In this document: piece after piece, positions 1 through 9,783 of the stretch
How positions within the stretch are numbered: position 1 is the first letter of the stretch
How the letters are laid out: each line of letters opens with the position of its first letter
NCBI GenBank assembly: GCA_963724325.1
Contig: CAVRUH010000001.1
Location: forward strand, 160,001-224,000
Length of the DNA: 64,000 bases
Reading direction: 5' to 3'
Origin: Waddliaceae bacterium
GTDB taxonomy: Bacteria; Chlamydiota; Chlamydiia; Chlamydiales; Waddliaceae
Translations under genes and position numbers: made by a program
Notes under the pieces: generated by a model
What the model saw: only the letters and a program-made list of their open reading frames with translations
The model's database searches: none
What the model was told of the DNA's origin: nothing

Positions 1-609
1 TTCAGTTTCTGGGTCTTTTTCAAAAAGCTCTAAAACGTCAATAAAATTGGTGCCATTCAATGGATCTCCACCAATTCCCACGCAGGTCGATTGGCCTAAA
101 CCAAGTTGTGTCGTTTGCCAAACTGCTTCGTAGGTGAGTGTACCTGAGCGTGAAACAATACCAATTTTTCCCCGTTTATGGATATATCCGGGCATGATTC
201 CAATTTTACATTCATCTGGGGTGATGATTCCAGGGCAGTTGGGGCCAATTAAACGACTTGTTTTGCTTTGTCGCATGATGCGGCTTACTTCAACCATATC
301 TCGGACGGGAATACCTTCGGTGATGCAAATAATGAGAGGTATTCCGGCATCTTCTGCCTCTATAATGGCCTCAGCAGCGTAAGGGGGAGGAACAAAAATC
401 ATGGTAGCATTGCAATCTGTTGCGATTTTTGCTTCTTCAACAGTATCAAAAATAGGGAGATTGAAAATTGCCTGCCCCCCTTTTCCTGGTGTGACACCGC
501 CGACGAAATTGCTGCCATATGCGAGACATTGCTCAGTATGAAACTGTCCTGATTTTCCTGTGATGCCTTGGGTGATGACGCGCGTTTTTTTATTTACGAG
601 TATGGACAT
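1..609 (-). CDS. sucD: Succinyl-CoA synthetase alpha subunit (runs off window start)
   Basis: Manual translation [24 protein letters not shown]...GGVTPGKGG...GPNCPG...SRSGTLTYE; follows sucC. Confidence 0.96.
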   Translation of the reverse strand, partial: MSILVNKKTRVITQGITGKSGQFHTEQCLAYGSNFVGGVTPGKGGQAIFNLPIFDTVEEAKIATDCNATMIFVPPPYAAEAIIEAEDAGIPLIICITEGIPVRDMVEVSRIMRQSKTSRLIGPNCPGIITPDECKIGIMPGYIHKRGKIGIVSRSGTLTYEAVWQTTQLGLGQSTCVGIGGDPLNGTNFIDVLELFEKDPETE

Positions 610-1777
610 TTTCCCCTCCATTGGCACTTTGGACAGCTTTTTTGGCTGCTTCTGTAAGGTCATTGGCAATGATAATATTCAGGCGGGAATCAGCCAGCAT
701 TTTTCTTCCTTCTTCAACATTAGTTCCTTCCATTCTGACAACGAGAGGAACGTTGATGCCTTGCTGCTTTGTTGCATCGATGATCCCTGCAGCTAGAGTG
801 GCACAGCTCATGATGCCGCCAAAAATATTGACTAAAATAGCCTTTACATGGGGATCTGAGAGAAGTATTTTAAATCCTTCAGCAACTTTTTCTTTACTTG
901 CGCCGCCACCCACATCGAGAAAGTTAGCAGGTTTTCCGCCATGAAGATATATTAAGTCCATCGTAGCCATAGCCAGACCAGCACCATTGACCATGCATCC
1001 GATTTCTCCGTCAAGAGCCACATAGGCAAGATCAAACTTTTTTGCTGCAACTTCGTAACTTGAAATTTGTGTTGGATCATAGAACGAAGCAATTTCAGGT
1101 TGTCTATAGAGCGCATTTTCGTCTATGCTCAATTTTGCATCTAATGCAATGAGATTTCCTTGATCAGTTTCGACAAGAGGATTGATTTCGAGCAGGGAAG
1201 CATCCGTTTCGATGAAAGCTCGCGCTAAATTCGCTGCTAGTTGCAAGCCTTGGCGCGCTGTTTCCCCTTTCCATCCCATAAATTTTGCTAATTTTAGCAG
1301 CCGATACTGCCTTATTTTCCCATCTAGGCCTATTGGAAGAGTTAAAATTTTGTCAGGATGCGTGCGGGCCACCTCCTCGATCTCCATTCCCCCTTCAGGA
1401 GATGCAATCAAGGTAGCTTGAGCCTTATCGCGATCAATGATGGCGCCAATATAATATTCTTTACTGAAATCAGTTATGGCGCTTATTAGAATTTTTTCGG
1501 CAATAACACCTTCGGGGCCTGTTTGATTATTTACCATTTTCATTCCAAGAAGCTGTTTGGAATAATTGAGGATTTCCTGTCTATCTTTTGCTAGCTTCAC
1601 ACCACCCGCTCGTCCTCGACCGCCAGCATGAACTTGAATTTTAACGACGGCGGAATTTAGTCCTAAAGAGAGGATAGCCTCTTCAACTTCCTTGATATTT
1701 GAGGCAACAGCGAAATCTGTTATGGTAATCCCATATTTTTTTAAAATCCACTTAGCCTGAAATTCATGAATATTCAT
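590..1777 (-). CDS. sucC: Succinyl-CoA synthetase beta subunit
   Basis: [45 protein letters not shown] motifs. Confidence 0.97.
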   Translation of the reverse strand: MNIHEFQAKWILKKYGITITDFAVASNIKEVEEAILSLGLNSAVVKIQVHAGGRGRAGGVKLAKDRQEILNYSKQLLGMKMVNNQTGPEGVIAEKILISAITDFSKEYYIGAIIDRDKAQATLIASPEGGMEIEEVARTHPDKILTLPIGLDGKIRQYRLLKLAKFMGWKGETARQGLQLAANLARAFIETDASLLEINPLVETDQGNLIALDAKLSIDENALYRQPEIASFYDPTQISSYEVAAKKFDLAYVALDGEIGCMVNGAGLAMATMDLIYLHGGKPANFLDVGGGASKEKVAEGFKILLSDPHVKAILVNIFGGIMSCATLAAGIIDATKQQGINVPLVVRMEGTNVEEGRKMLADSRLNIIIANDLTEAAKKAVQSANGGENVHTRK

Positions 1778-1840
1778 TTTTATTAGATATTCTGTTTATG
1801 ATACACTATATTTCTTAACAATAACACAGAGACTATTGAA

Positions 1841-2767
1841 ATGGTACTTAAATTCTTAAAAGCAAGCTTCGAAAAGGTCAAAAAAGTCCTGAGTAAAACA
1901 CGTTCTATCCTCGGCGACAAGCTCCGCGAGCTTTTTGGTGGAAAAATTGACGATGAAACACTCGAAAAGCTGGAGCAGCTCTTCTACGAAGCCGATGTTG
2001 GCATTGAGATCGCCGCAGACCTTAAGGAAAGGGTAAAGAAAATATATTGGAAGAATCCTAGTCTTAAAAGTGATGAGCTCATTCACGAGATCCACAAGGA
2101 AATTGTCGGGATTCTCTCGGATTTACCACCAACCGCAAAAGGAACGATTGAAGGACCTCTGGTCATGCTGATTGTTGGAGTCAATGGAAATGGAAAGACT
2201 ACATCTGTGGCCAAGATAGCAAAACGGTACCAGGATTCTGGGATGAAAGTATTGATTGCGGCGGCGGATACCTACCGTGCAGCGGCTATAGAACAGCTTG
2301 AAATTTGGGCTAAACGATTAAATATTGATATCGTCAAAGGAGCCTCAAAAGCTGATCCGTCAGCAGTAGCATTTGATGCATTAACCGCAGCGAAATCGCG
2401 AAGTTCGGATGTTGTAATTATCGATACCGCAGGAAGATTGCACACTCGTCACGACCTGATGCAGGAATTGCAGAAGATTGGAAAAACTTGTAATAAACTT
2501 ATTCCGGGTTCACCACATGAGACGTTGCTTGTGCTAGATGCCACTACGGGGCAGAATGCGATTGATCAGGCTAAAATATTTAATAAATTCACCCCTATAA
2601 CTGGTCTCGTCCTGACCAAACTCGACGGCACCGCCAAAGGCGGCATAGTTATCAATATTCAGCACCAATTGAAAATCCCGGTCAAATTCATCGGCACCGG
2701 TGAATCCCTCGAAGACCTAGAACCCTTCGACCCCGACACATTCGCCAAAGCCCTCCTAGGCGAGTAA
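1841..2767 (+). CDS. ftsY: Signal recognition particle receptor FtsY
   Basis: GVNGNGKTT, DTYRAAA, DTAGR, TKLDGTAKGG. Confidence 0.97.
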   Translation: MVLKFLKASFEKVKKVLSKTRSILGDKLRELFGGKIDDETLEKLEQLFYEADVGIEIAADLKERVKKIYWKNPSLKSDELIHEIHKEIVGILSDLPPTAKGTIEGPLVMLIVGVNGNGKTTSVAKIAKRYQDSGMKVLIAAADTYRAAAIEQLEIWAKRLNIDIVKGASKADPSAVAFDALTAAKSRSSDVVIIDTAGRLHTRHDLMQELQKIGKTCNKLIPGSPHETLLVLDATTGQNAIDQAKIFNKFTPITGLVLTKLDGTAKGGIVINIQHQLKIPVKFIGTGESLEDLEPFDPDTFAKALLGE

Positions 2768-2790
2768 CATAGAGAAGGTGCAGGCAGACC

Positions 2791-2868
2791 TATACGCATC
2801 AACCTAAAATATCTTTTACCACAGAGAACACAAGAGAGATCATTGAGTATAAAATAGCTCTGTGCTAC
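2791..2868. mobile_element. Partial MITE family B (IS231-like end), interrupted by MITE A
   Basis: TATACGCATCAACCTAAAA...ACCACAGAGAACACAAGAGAGATCATTGAG matches the reverse complement of the B copies at 36656-37091 and 47435-47577. Confidence 0.8.
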
Positions 2869-3109
2869 GTAAGCGTCAAACCGGAGCCGTTGCCTAACTC
2901 AACGCTCAGTCTAATTTGGAGTGACCTAATTCATTAGGTCTTTTTCAGGGCTGAATTTATTCGGCCCTGTGCATGGCAAGATTTCGCCATTCACCTAAGG
3001 AGGGCAAGGTGTCGCCCTCCACCGAGCCGAATAAATTCGGCTCGGAAAAAGACCCAATAAATTGGGTCACTCCAAACCGGAAATACGTAAGCGTCAAACT
3101 AACCCATCC
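2869..3109 (+). mobile_element. MITE family A (IS66-like GTAAGCG end), truncated copy
   Basis: Near-identical to 9147-9386 and to the reverse complement of 36737-37041; has multiple internal hairpins and lacks most of the terminal 87-bp hairpin. Confidence 0.85.
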
Positions 3110-3136
3110 AGTTAACCTCTGCATGCATGCGAATTT

Positions 3137-3190
3137 ACAGGATGCGCATGATCGCAAGCGGCAGGATATGAAGGATGCTAGGAAGATGAT
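3137..3190 (+). repeat. Repeat family C (CAGGAT...GATCGCAAGCGGCAGGATATGAAGGATG)
   Basis: Matches 47397-47434 joined to 47589-47604, and the inverted copy at 47652-47690. Confidence 0.75.
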
Positions 3191-3194
3191 TGAT

Positions 3195-4466
3195 TTATCG
3201 GCCTTTGATGCAATCGTTGACAGAAACGCCATTGAAGCTGCTGCCGAGGATTGATAAACGATGTGATGGGGGTAGTATGGAATTGACTAGTTCTGTATGC
3301 CCCACGTGGTACTGGGGGATGGCGTCTTTTGCTTGAAAGACCGATATTGCATCCGGGTAATCATCGATATTTAGATGCTTTGAAACAGCTGCAAGAGCTG
3401 TATTTTTCAATTCTTCATTAGTTCCACGAAGATGCATCATGACTGTGATGCGCGTTTCGTCCGCTGATTTATTTTGTTGAGGAAAAATGCAGGAATCAAA
3501 AACGACTCCAAGGATAGGCTCACGTTGATTTGAAGGGATCAAATACCCAAAACCATGCTTCTCAAGAATTTGTTTACGGTATCCCAAATTGACCACAGCA
3601 ACGGAAACATAAGGAATTTGCTTTAATTTAGGATCGGGTAATATTTGAGCTAGTTCCCTTGCTGGCAATGTCGAGTGAACATGATCGGCATGAATCTTTG
3701 TACCATTTGAAAGTCCGACCTCTACAAAATCGTTGTGGAAAGCTAACGATGCCGCACCAGTTCCAAGCATAAGATCTGACTCAAGCCTTTTTGCCAGTTC
3801 ATTGGAAAGGGTCTCCATTCCCCCTTTAAATGAAAAAAGACTGGCCTTCTGTATCTCGCGAATGAACGGCGAACCAACTTTCTTTTCTTTTTTTCTTGTA
3901 AATAGACCTTTGATGATTGATCCATGATCTCTTTCCAACTGATGCAAGAATGGAAAACACGATTTTAAAGATAATTTCCGAATGTCACCTGCATATATCC
4001 CCAAAGTCATCGGATCAATCAATTTCTCCGCTACTTGAGAACTAAATCTCCGTGAAAAAAATTCATAAATGGACTCATCCTGCGAGACATTTCCAGGGGT
4101 GCGCAAATCATTCCAAATAGCCGGAAGAATTCCTCTGGTCAAAGGAGAAAATAAAACAGAAAAAGGGCCAGAAGGTATAGTGCGCATCTGACCATCAACA
4201 TACAGATATCGTTTAAGTGTCTTCCCAGTAATCACTTGATCTTGCAATCCCAAGGCTTCGATAAGCTCCAAAGTGTTTATACCGGCACCTTTAGGACGAC
4301 AACTACGAGGCCCCTGTTCGAAAAGAAATCCATCTTGATGGATGGTGCGCAGCCATCCTCCGGGCCGATGGCATTTTTCAACAATTGTTACACGGGAATT
4401 GTCCTTAAGTTTCCAGGCTAACGCTAGACCGCTAACCCCGGCTCCCAAGATAACATGGTGCTTCAT
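3195..4466 (-). CDS. hemY: Protoporphyrinogen/coproporphyrinogen oxidase (HemY type)
   Basis: GAGVSGL FAD motif, EQGPRS, GIYAGD, GFGYLIP, AIPQY; adjacent to hemE. Confidence 0.92.
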   Translation of the reverse strand: MKHHVILGAGVSGLALAWKLKDNSRVTIVEKCHRPGGWLRTIHQDGFLFEQGPRSCRPKGAGINTLELIEALGLQDQVITGKTLKRYLYVDGQMRTIPSGPFSVLFSPLTRGILPAIWNDLRTPGNVSQDESIYEFFSRRFSSQVAEKLIDPMTLGIYAGDIRKLSLKSCFPFLHQLERDHGSIIKGLFTRKKEKKVGSPFIREIQKASLFSFKGGMETLSNELAKRLESDLMLGTGAASLAFHNDFVEVGLSNGTKIHADHVHSTLPARELAQILPDPKLKQIPYVSVAVVNLGYRKQILEKHGFGYLIPSNQREPILGVVFDSCIFPQQNKSADETRITVMMHLRGTNEELKNTALAAVSKHLNIDDYPDAISVFQAKDAIPQYHVGHTELVNSILPPSHRLSILGSSFNGVSVNDCIKGR

Positions 4467-5472
4467 GAATAGTGTCCACTAAAAGTTTTACTGAATCCTC
4501 AGGCATATCTGGTTTTACCCCATGGCCAAGGTTGAATATATAACCGCAATCTCCTTGCATGACATCCAACATCCTTCGAACCTCACTCTTAAGTGCCTCA
4601 GGAGAAGCATAAAGGAAATCGGGGTCAAGATTACCTTGAACTGCAATAGATGAAGGTATGATTGATCTCGCTTCAGAAATATCGATATTCCAATCGAGAC
4701 TTATACAAGCAGGATTTATCGTTGTGAGAGCCCGCGCAAATACAGAAGAACCTCTACAAAATAAAATCACTGGTGTTTCGGTTTTCTTTATTCCTTGGAT
4801 GATCTGCTGCATGTAAGGCATTGAGAACTCTAAGAAATGATTATATGATAAATAATTGGCCCAGGAATCAAAAATTTGAATCGCATGAACACCGCAATCG
4901 ATTTGCATATTGACATAGTCGATTGTTGCCTGAGTAATTTTGGAAAGAAGTTTATGGAATGATTCTGGATTTCTCATCAGCCATTTTTTTGTCTTTTGAA
5001 GTTCTTTGCTAGCGCCGCCCTCAATCATGTAACTAGCAACAGTAAAGGGGCCTCCACAGAACCCAATGAGCGGAACATCGATCCCTTCTAAAATTAAGGG
5101 GATTTCCTCAGCAACATAGGATAGTGATTCTCGAACAGGAGCTGTACTGAGATTGTCAATATCCGACTCTTGTGTTACAGGACGCAATATTACTGGCCCT
5201 GCGGACTCATGAAAGTTGAGCCCTGCACCCAAGGCTTCAGCAATCACAAGGATATCTGAAAATAAAATAGCCGCATCAAAACCGAATTTATCAATGGGAA
5301 GCCGCGTTACTTTTGCAGCGACCTCTGGATTGTGAAACATGTCAATCAACGAATACTTCTTGCGCAATTCCATATATTCCGTCATATAACGACCTGCCTG
5401 ACGCATCAGCCAGACAGGAGGTCTCGAAGTATTTTTGCATTTTAACGCATCGAGCAATAAATTCTGCATCAC
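4432..5472 (-). CDS. hemE: Uroporphyrinogen decarboxylase
   Basis: PVWLMRQAGRY, AAILFSDIL, QGNLDP, IFNLGHG. Confidence 0.97.
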   Translation of the reverse strand: MMQNLLLDALKCKNTSRPPVWLMRQAGRYMTEYMELRKKYSLIDMFHNPEVAAKVTRLPIDKFGFDAAILFSDILVIAEALGAGLNFHESAGPVILRPVTQESDIDNLSTAPVRESLSYVAEEIPLILEGIDVPLIGFCGGPFTVASYMIEGGASKELQKTKKWLMRNPESFHKLLSKITQATIDYVNMQIDCGVHAIQIFDSWANYLSYNHFLEFSMPYMQQIIQGIKKTETPVILFCRGSSVFARALTTINPACISLDWNIDISEARSIIPSSIAVQGNLDPDFLYASPEALKSEVRRMLDVMQGDCGYIFNLGHGVKPDMPEDSVKLLVDTIHEAPCYLGSRG

Positions 5473-7514
5473 AGAATCCTTTCAAGAATCGATTCTACCG
5501 TAAATCCATACTCTACAGTCAAATCTTTGTAAGGTGCAGAAGCTCCGAATCTATCAATACATATAGCAATGCCATCTAAACCTATATATTTATGCCATCC
5601 CATTTCCACTCCGGCTTCTATACTAACTCTCTTACCGATGTCTCCACCGAAGATCATTTTCTTGTATTCCTGCGGCTGTTGTTCGTAGATTTCCCAACAT
5701 GGCATTGAAATCACTCGCACATCATGACCCATTTTATCCAATGCTGCAGCCACATCGCACGCTAGGGATACTTCTGATCCAGTTGCAACCAAAGTGAAAT
5801 CAGGCTTTTTCTTTTCTTTCTTTAAAATGTAGGCCCCTCTTCCGACTCCGTCGGCATAGGGAATATTTGTTTCAGGTAAATCTGGCAGATTTTGCCTTGA
5901 AAGAATCAATGCTGTAGGCCCTTTGTAATTGAGAGCTGCGAACCATGCCATTTTTACTTCATGGCTGTCTGCCGGTCTGATAACGCGCAAATTCATCATA
6001 GCTCTCAGTGCAGCATAATGCTCTATTGGTTGGTGTGTGGGACCATCTTCTCCGAGAAAAATCGAATCATGTGTGAATTGATAAATCACTTGAGTTTTCA
6101 TCAAAGCAGACAATCGAATAGCATTTCTCATGTAATCGGAAAATGTTAAGAAAGTTCCAATGAATGGTACAAACATTCCAGTATGTGCCAAACCTGTGGC
6201 AATAGTCGCCATGCCGAATTCTCGAACGCCAAACTTGATGTTGCGTCCTGAGAAGTCGGATGATGTAATAACTGGATACTTTGAAATCATGGTTAAATCT
6301 GAACAAGAAAGATCTGCAGAGCCTCCAACAATTTGTGGAAGATATTCCGCAATTGATTGTATCACATCATTTGATGCCTTTCGACCAGCTATAGGGGATT
6401 TTATTTGTATAGACTCAAGTCTCTTTTCTAGGTCAGGTGGAAGAAAATTTTTCGACATTGCATCAAATTGTTTGAACAATTCAGGATTTTGCTTTTTCCA
6501 AGTCTCGAATAAAGCATTCCAATCAGCCTCAAACTTGTTGTCTTCTTTAAGTTTTTCAGCAAAGTAATCGTATACCGCTTGAGGAACATAAAAAGGCTCT
6601 TCAGGTAGATTTAGCGCTGCTTTTGCAGCGCGTACTTCTTCTGCTCCAAGAGGAGAGCCATGCACCCTGCTTGTTCCTGCCATTGTAGGCGCGCCTTTGC
6701 CGATGATTGTCGTAGCAATAATCAGTGTTGGTCTTTGCTGATGATGCCTTACTTTTGTCATCACCTCATGAATTTCGTCAAAATTATGACCATCTATTTC
6801 AAAAACATCCCATCCATATGCCTCATAACGTTTACGTGTATTTTCGGAGAATGACTCTGAAATTGGTCCATCTAGGCAAATATGATTGCTGTCATATATG
6901 AGGATTAAATTATCGAGCTTTAAGTGGCCTGCTAAACAGGAGACTTCTGAAGAAATGCCTTCCATGGTACATCCGTCGCCCATTAAAACGACGATTTTAT
7001 TGTCGATAATCTTGTGATTAACTGTATTAAACCTTGCAGCTAACATTTTAAATCCGAGTGCCTGACCGACACCGCTGCCAACGCCTTGTCCAAGCGGCCC
7101 AGTGGTTGTTTCGACACCATCGGTTTCGCCCTCTTCTGGATGTCCTGGGGTCTGTGAATGAAGCTGCCGGAACTTTTTAATTTCGTCTAAGGAAAGCTTA
7201 AATCCAGAAAGATGGAGGCAGGAATAGAGCAACAGTGATCCGTGCCCAGCTGAGAGAATGAAACGGTCGCGATTAAACCAGTGAGAGTTGTGTGGATTAT
7301 GTTTTAATGAATAGCCGTATAGGTAGGCGCCAATTTCTGCACATCCCATGGGCAGGCCTGGGTGGCCGGAATTCGCTTTCTGTGTTGCATCCATCGCGAG
7401 TCCGCGAATGGTATTGGCAATTTTCGCTAATATTTGCTTTTGTTCGGGATCTAGTCTATCTACTTTTTCACTTTTCCTTGATGTCATAGTTTTCTCCTTA
7501 AATTTACTCGCCAA
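5469..7514 (-). CDS. tkt: Transketolase (start may be about 7487)
   Basis: SGHPG, RDRFILSAGH, TPGHPE, GDG..MEG, GEDGPTHQP. Confidence 0.97.
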   Translation of the reverse strand: MASKFKEKTMTSRKSEKVDRLDPEQKQILAKIANTIRGLAMDATQKANSGHPGLPMGCAEIGAYLYGYSLKHNPHNSHWFNRDRFILSAGHGSLLLYSCLHLSGFKLSLDEIKKFRQLHSQTPGHPEEGETDGVETTTGPLGQGVGSGVGQALGFKMLAARFNTVNHKIIDNKIVVLMGDGCTMEGISSEVSCLAGHLKLDNLILIYDSNHICLDGPISESFSENTRKRYEAYGWDVFEIDGHNFDEIHEVMTKVRHHQQRPTLIIATTIIGKGAPTMAGTSRVHGSPLGAEEVRAAKAALNLPEEPFYVPQAVYDYFAEKLKEDNKFEADWNALFETWKKQNPELFKQFDAMSKNFLPPDLEKRLESIQIKSPIAGRKASNDVIQSIAEYLPQIVGGSADLSCSDLTMISKYPVITSSDFSGRNIKFGVREFGMATIATGLAHTGMFVPFIGTFLTFSDYMRNAIRLSALMKTQVIYQFTHDSIFLGEDGPTHQPIEHYAALRAMMNLRVIRPADSHEVKMAWFAALNYKGPTALILSRQNLPDLPETNIPYADGVGRGAYILKKEKKKPDFTLVATGSEVSLACDVAAALDKMGHDVRVISMPCWEIYEQQPQEYKKMIFGGDIGKRVSIEAGVEMGWHKYIGLDGIAICIDRFGASAPYKDLTVEYGFTVESILERIL

Positions 7515-7555
7515 TATAACCCCGCCCCCTAAAATGGCGCAACGTTAAACTTTCA

Positions 7556-7717
7556 TCACTCGATAAGTTTTTCAAAGAGCTTGTCGGAAAAAGTGAGGAG
7601 AAATTCTTCTAATGGAAGACATAATATGTTGTCTTGCTTTAGTCTTCTAGTTCTCCGAGGCCCCAGCAGAAAAAAGCTTTGCTTCGGATCCTTTAATAAT
7701 CGTTTAATAAGGCGCAT
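7556..7717 (-). pseudogene. Internally deleted AAA_14/DUF4143-type ATPase remnant (53 aa)
   Basis: MRLIKRLLKDPKQSFFLLGPRRT (N-terminus up to a partial Walker A) joined directly to RRLKQDNILCLPLEEFL (typical C-terminus). Confidence 0.55.
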
Positions 7718-8040
7718 TTTTACAACTCATTTGTAATATTGAGTCTCATTTCACATTATTGACTTTTCCATTTTCTATAAGTGTATATTGTATTGAATAC
7801 CTCATTTTATATACCTTACTATATTTTTCTCCTCAATTGATATGTTATAATATATCAAAATCTAGGCATATAAAAGTATTATTGTGTCTACATTTTAGAA
7901 CTTTTTATGTACATTAAATTCAGATTTGTGATATCATGGCTATAATAAATATAAAAATGTTATTAATAGTAGTCGATTGAAATTCAACTTGATTTTGCAG
8001 TTGTAGAATATTTAAATAAAAAACTTAGTGAGTTGCTAAT

Positions 8041-8937
8041 ATGTTTGCTAATATGTTTGTTGATAAAATTACAGAAGCTTATTTTGATCCAACACCTGAA
8101 TTTCCAACTGGAAATTTTCGAGATTTGGACCAAAATGAAATGGAAGAAGTTGAAAATAAAACTAAAGAACTTGCTTTAGAAATCCTAAAGGATGATAATA
8201 AAAGATATGATTGTGATTACAATGTCAATAATATCTTATTGATGCTCCCAGAAAATATACGAAATAAAATGCGCGTTGGATACTTTAGTCAAAACGAAGA
8301 TAAAAAATTAAAATTTTTTGAAATAGTATATTCACATCATGTGGTACTGTTATTTCAATATCATGATTGCCTACACATTGCAGATCCGATGATGGGGGTA
8401 TTGGGAAATAATGAAGTAGAGTCAGCAACTATTTGGATGAAAACAGCATTTAAGTCACAAGCGATTGTTGATGCAATTAAAGACGATGGTAGAAAAAATT
8501 CCTTATATAAGCTCCAATTGATCAATCCCTTAAAATTCATGTTCACAATGAAGCTGATGTACCCTACTAAACCGATAGTAAATGTACAAAAAAACGATTT
8601 CAATATGGTCTTGGTCTTCTCGGATGAAAAGATAGAATTAGATGGCTTAAATCTAAGTAATCTGCAAATTAACAACCTCATATCAGGCAGAGGCAGATTG
8701 TTCTGTGCTCTAGAAAGACCTTTAGAATTGTGTAAAAACGACATTGGCAAGGGAAGGTCGGTACTTAATCTATCTCAAATGATAGAAGTTTTCCTAAAGT
8801 GGCGAAATCTAGATGACGTTATACTTGAAAATAAACACAGGACCGTATCCAAAATAGCAAAAAAACTTAAATTTAGAACAATATTCGAATTTTTTGATAT
8901 TAATTATAAAATAAAAAATGATATATTTATTCTTTAG
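8041..8937 (+). CDS. Hypothetical AT-rich protein, possible Cys-His-Asp (transglutaminase/deamidase-like) fold
   Basis: 298-aa ORF with motifs YDCDYNV, YSHHVVLL, HIADP. Confidence 0.6.
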   Translation: MFANMFVDKITEAYFDPTPEFPTGNFRDLDQNEMEEVENKTKELALEILKDDNKRYDCDYNVNNILLMLPENIRNKMRVGYFSQNEDKKLKFFEIVYSHHVVLLFQYHDCLHIADPMMGVLGNNEVESATIWMKTAFKSQAIVDAIKDDGRKNSLYKLQLINPLKFMFTMKLMYPTKPIVNVQKNDFNMVLVFSDEKIELDGLNLSNLQINNLISGRGRLFCALERPLELCKNDIGKGRSVLNLSQMIEVFLKWRNLDDVILENKHRTVSKIAKKLKFRTIFEFFDINYKIKNDIFIL

Positions 8938-9033
8938 TTTTGAGCATAAGAAATTTATGCTAATATAAGTCATTAGTTAGACATTTAGATTATTACTGGA
9001 TTTTCTAATATATTGCCTCTATAAATTGTAACT

Positions 9034-9064
9034 GTTCACCTCCCGACAAAGGAGGGAGGTGAAC
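9034..9064. terminator. Hairpin, probable terminator between convergent units
   Basis: GTTCACCTCCC-N9-GGGAGGTGAAC, perfect 11-bp arms. Confidence 0.5.
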
Positions 9065-9146
9065 GTCGAGGATTTACACCCTGAGAACTGCAAATACGAT
9101 TTACCTTCGATATTCGATCCTTCAATTTAGCTATTTCCTGTTCTAG

Positions 9147-9386
9147 GTAAGCGTCAAACCGGAGCCGTTGCCTAACTCAACGCTCAGTCTAATTTGAGAG
9201 TGACCAAATTCATTAGGTCTTTTTCAGGGCTGAATTTATTCGGCCCTGTGCATGGCAAGATTTCGCCATTCACCTAAGGAGGGCAAGGTGTCGCCCTCCA
9301 CCGAGCCGAATAAATTCGGCTCGGAAAAAGACCCAATAAATTGGGTCACTCCAAACCGGAAATACGTAAGCGTCAAACTAACCCAT
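9147..9386 (+). mobile_element. MITE family A, truncated copy
   Basis: Starts GTAAGCGTCAAACCGGAG and ends GTAAGCGTCAAACTAACCCAT; nearly identical to 2869-3107. Confidence 0.85.
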
Positions 9387-9706
9387 ACTGTGATTTCACC
9401 ATTTTTATTTCTGTCAGGACGAGCACAGTGTGTTTTGACAACTTCGTCTAGGAAATCGTCACGATCTTTACCCGACAGGTGATAAAGATGCGGAAGCCAA
9501 CCGCTAACATATGCTTTATAACCATCTGCATCTTCAAAAGTTTCTGTATTTCTCCAAATGCTGGCCTCTTCCCAAACCAGACCTACTTTTTCTATCTCAT
9601 TTTGCATATCCACAGGTGAATAAGTATGCATCGGGCAAACAAATTTATCAAAAGCATCGGAATAGTAAACAGCATAATTCATGCCCGAAGCATTCATTAA
9701 CGTCAA
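9387..9706 (-). pseudogene. C-terminal fragment of a class I SAM methyltransferase-like gene, fused to MITE A
   Basis: F.D..GYKAYVSGWLPHL..L....RDDFLDEVV resembles trans-aconitate methyltransferase-like C-termini; no SAM-binding N-terminus; ORF reads into the repeat. Confidence 0.5.
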
Positions 9707-9783
9707 TTTTATTACATATCATAATTTTATTGTGAAAAACATGACTTATAAGATATAATTACGTCAATTTACATGGAGTTAGT

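Noticed and set aside
2957..3254. Repeated small ORFs (MARFRHSPKEGK…; also 9252-9482 and 36749-36937)
   Set aside because: They are translations of non-coding MITE A with different tails in each copy.
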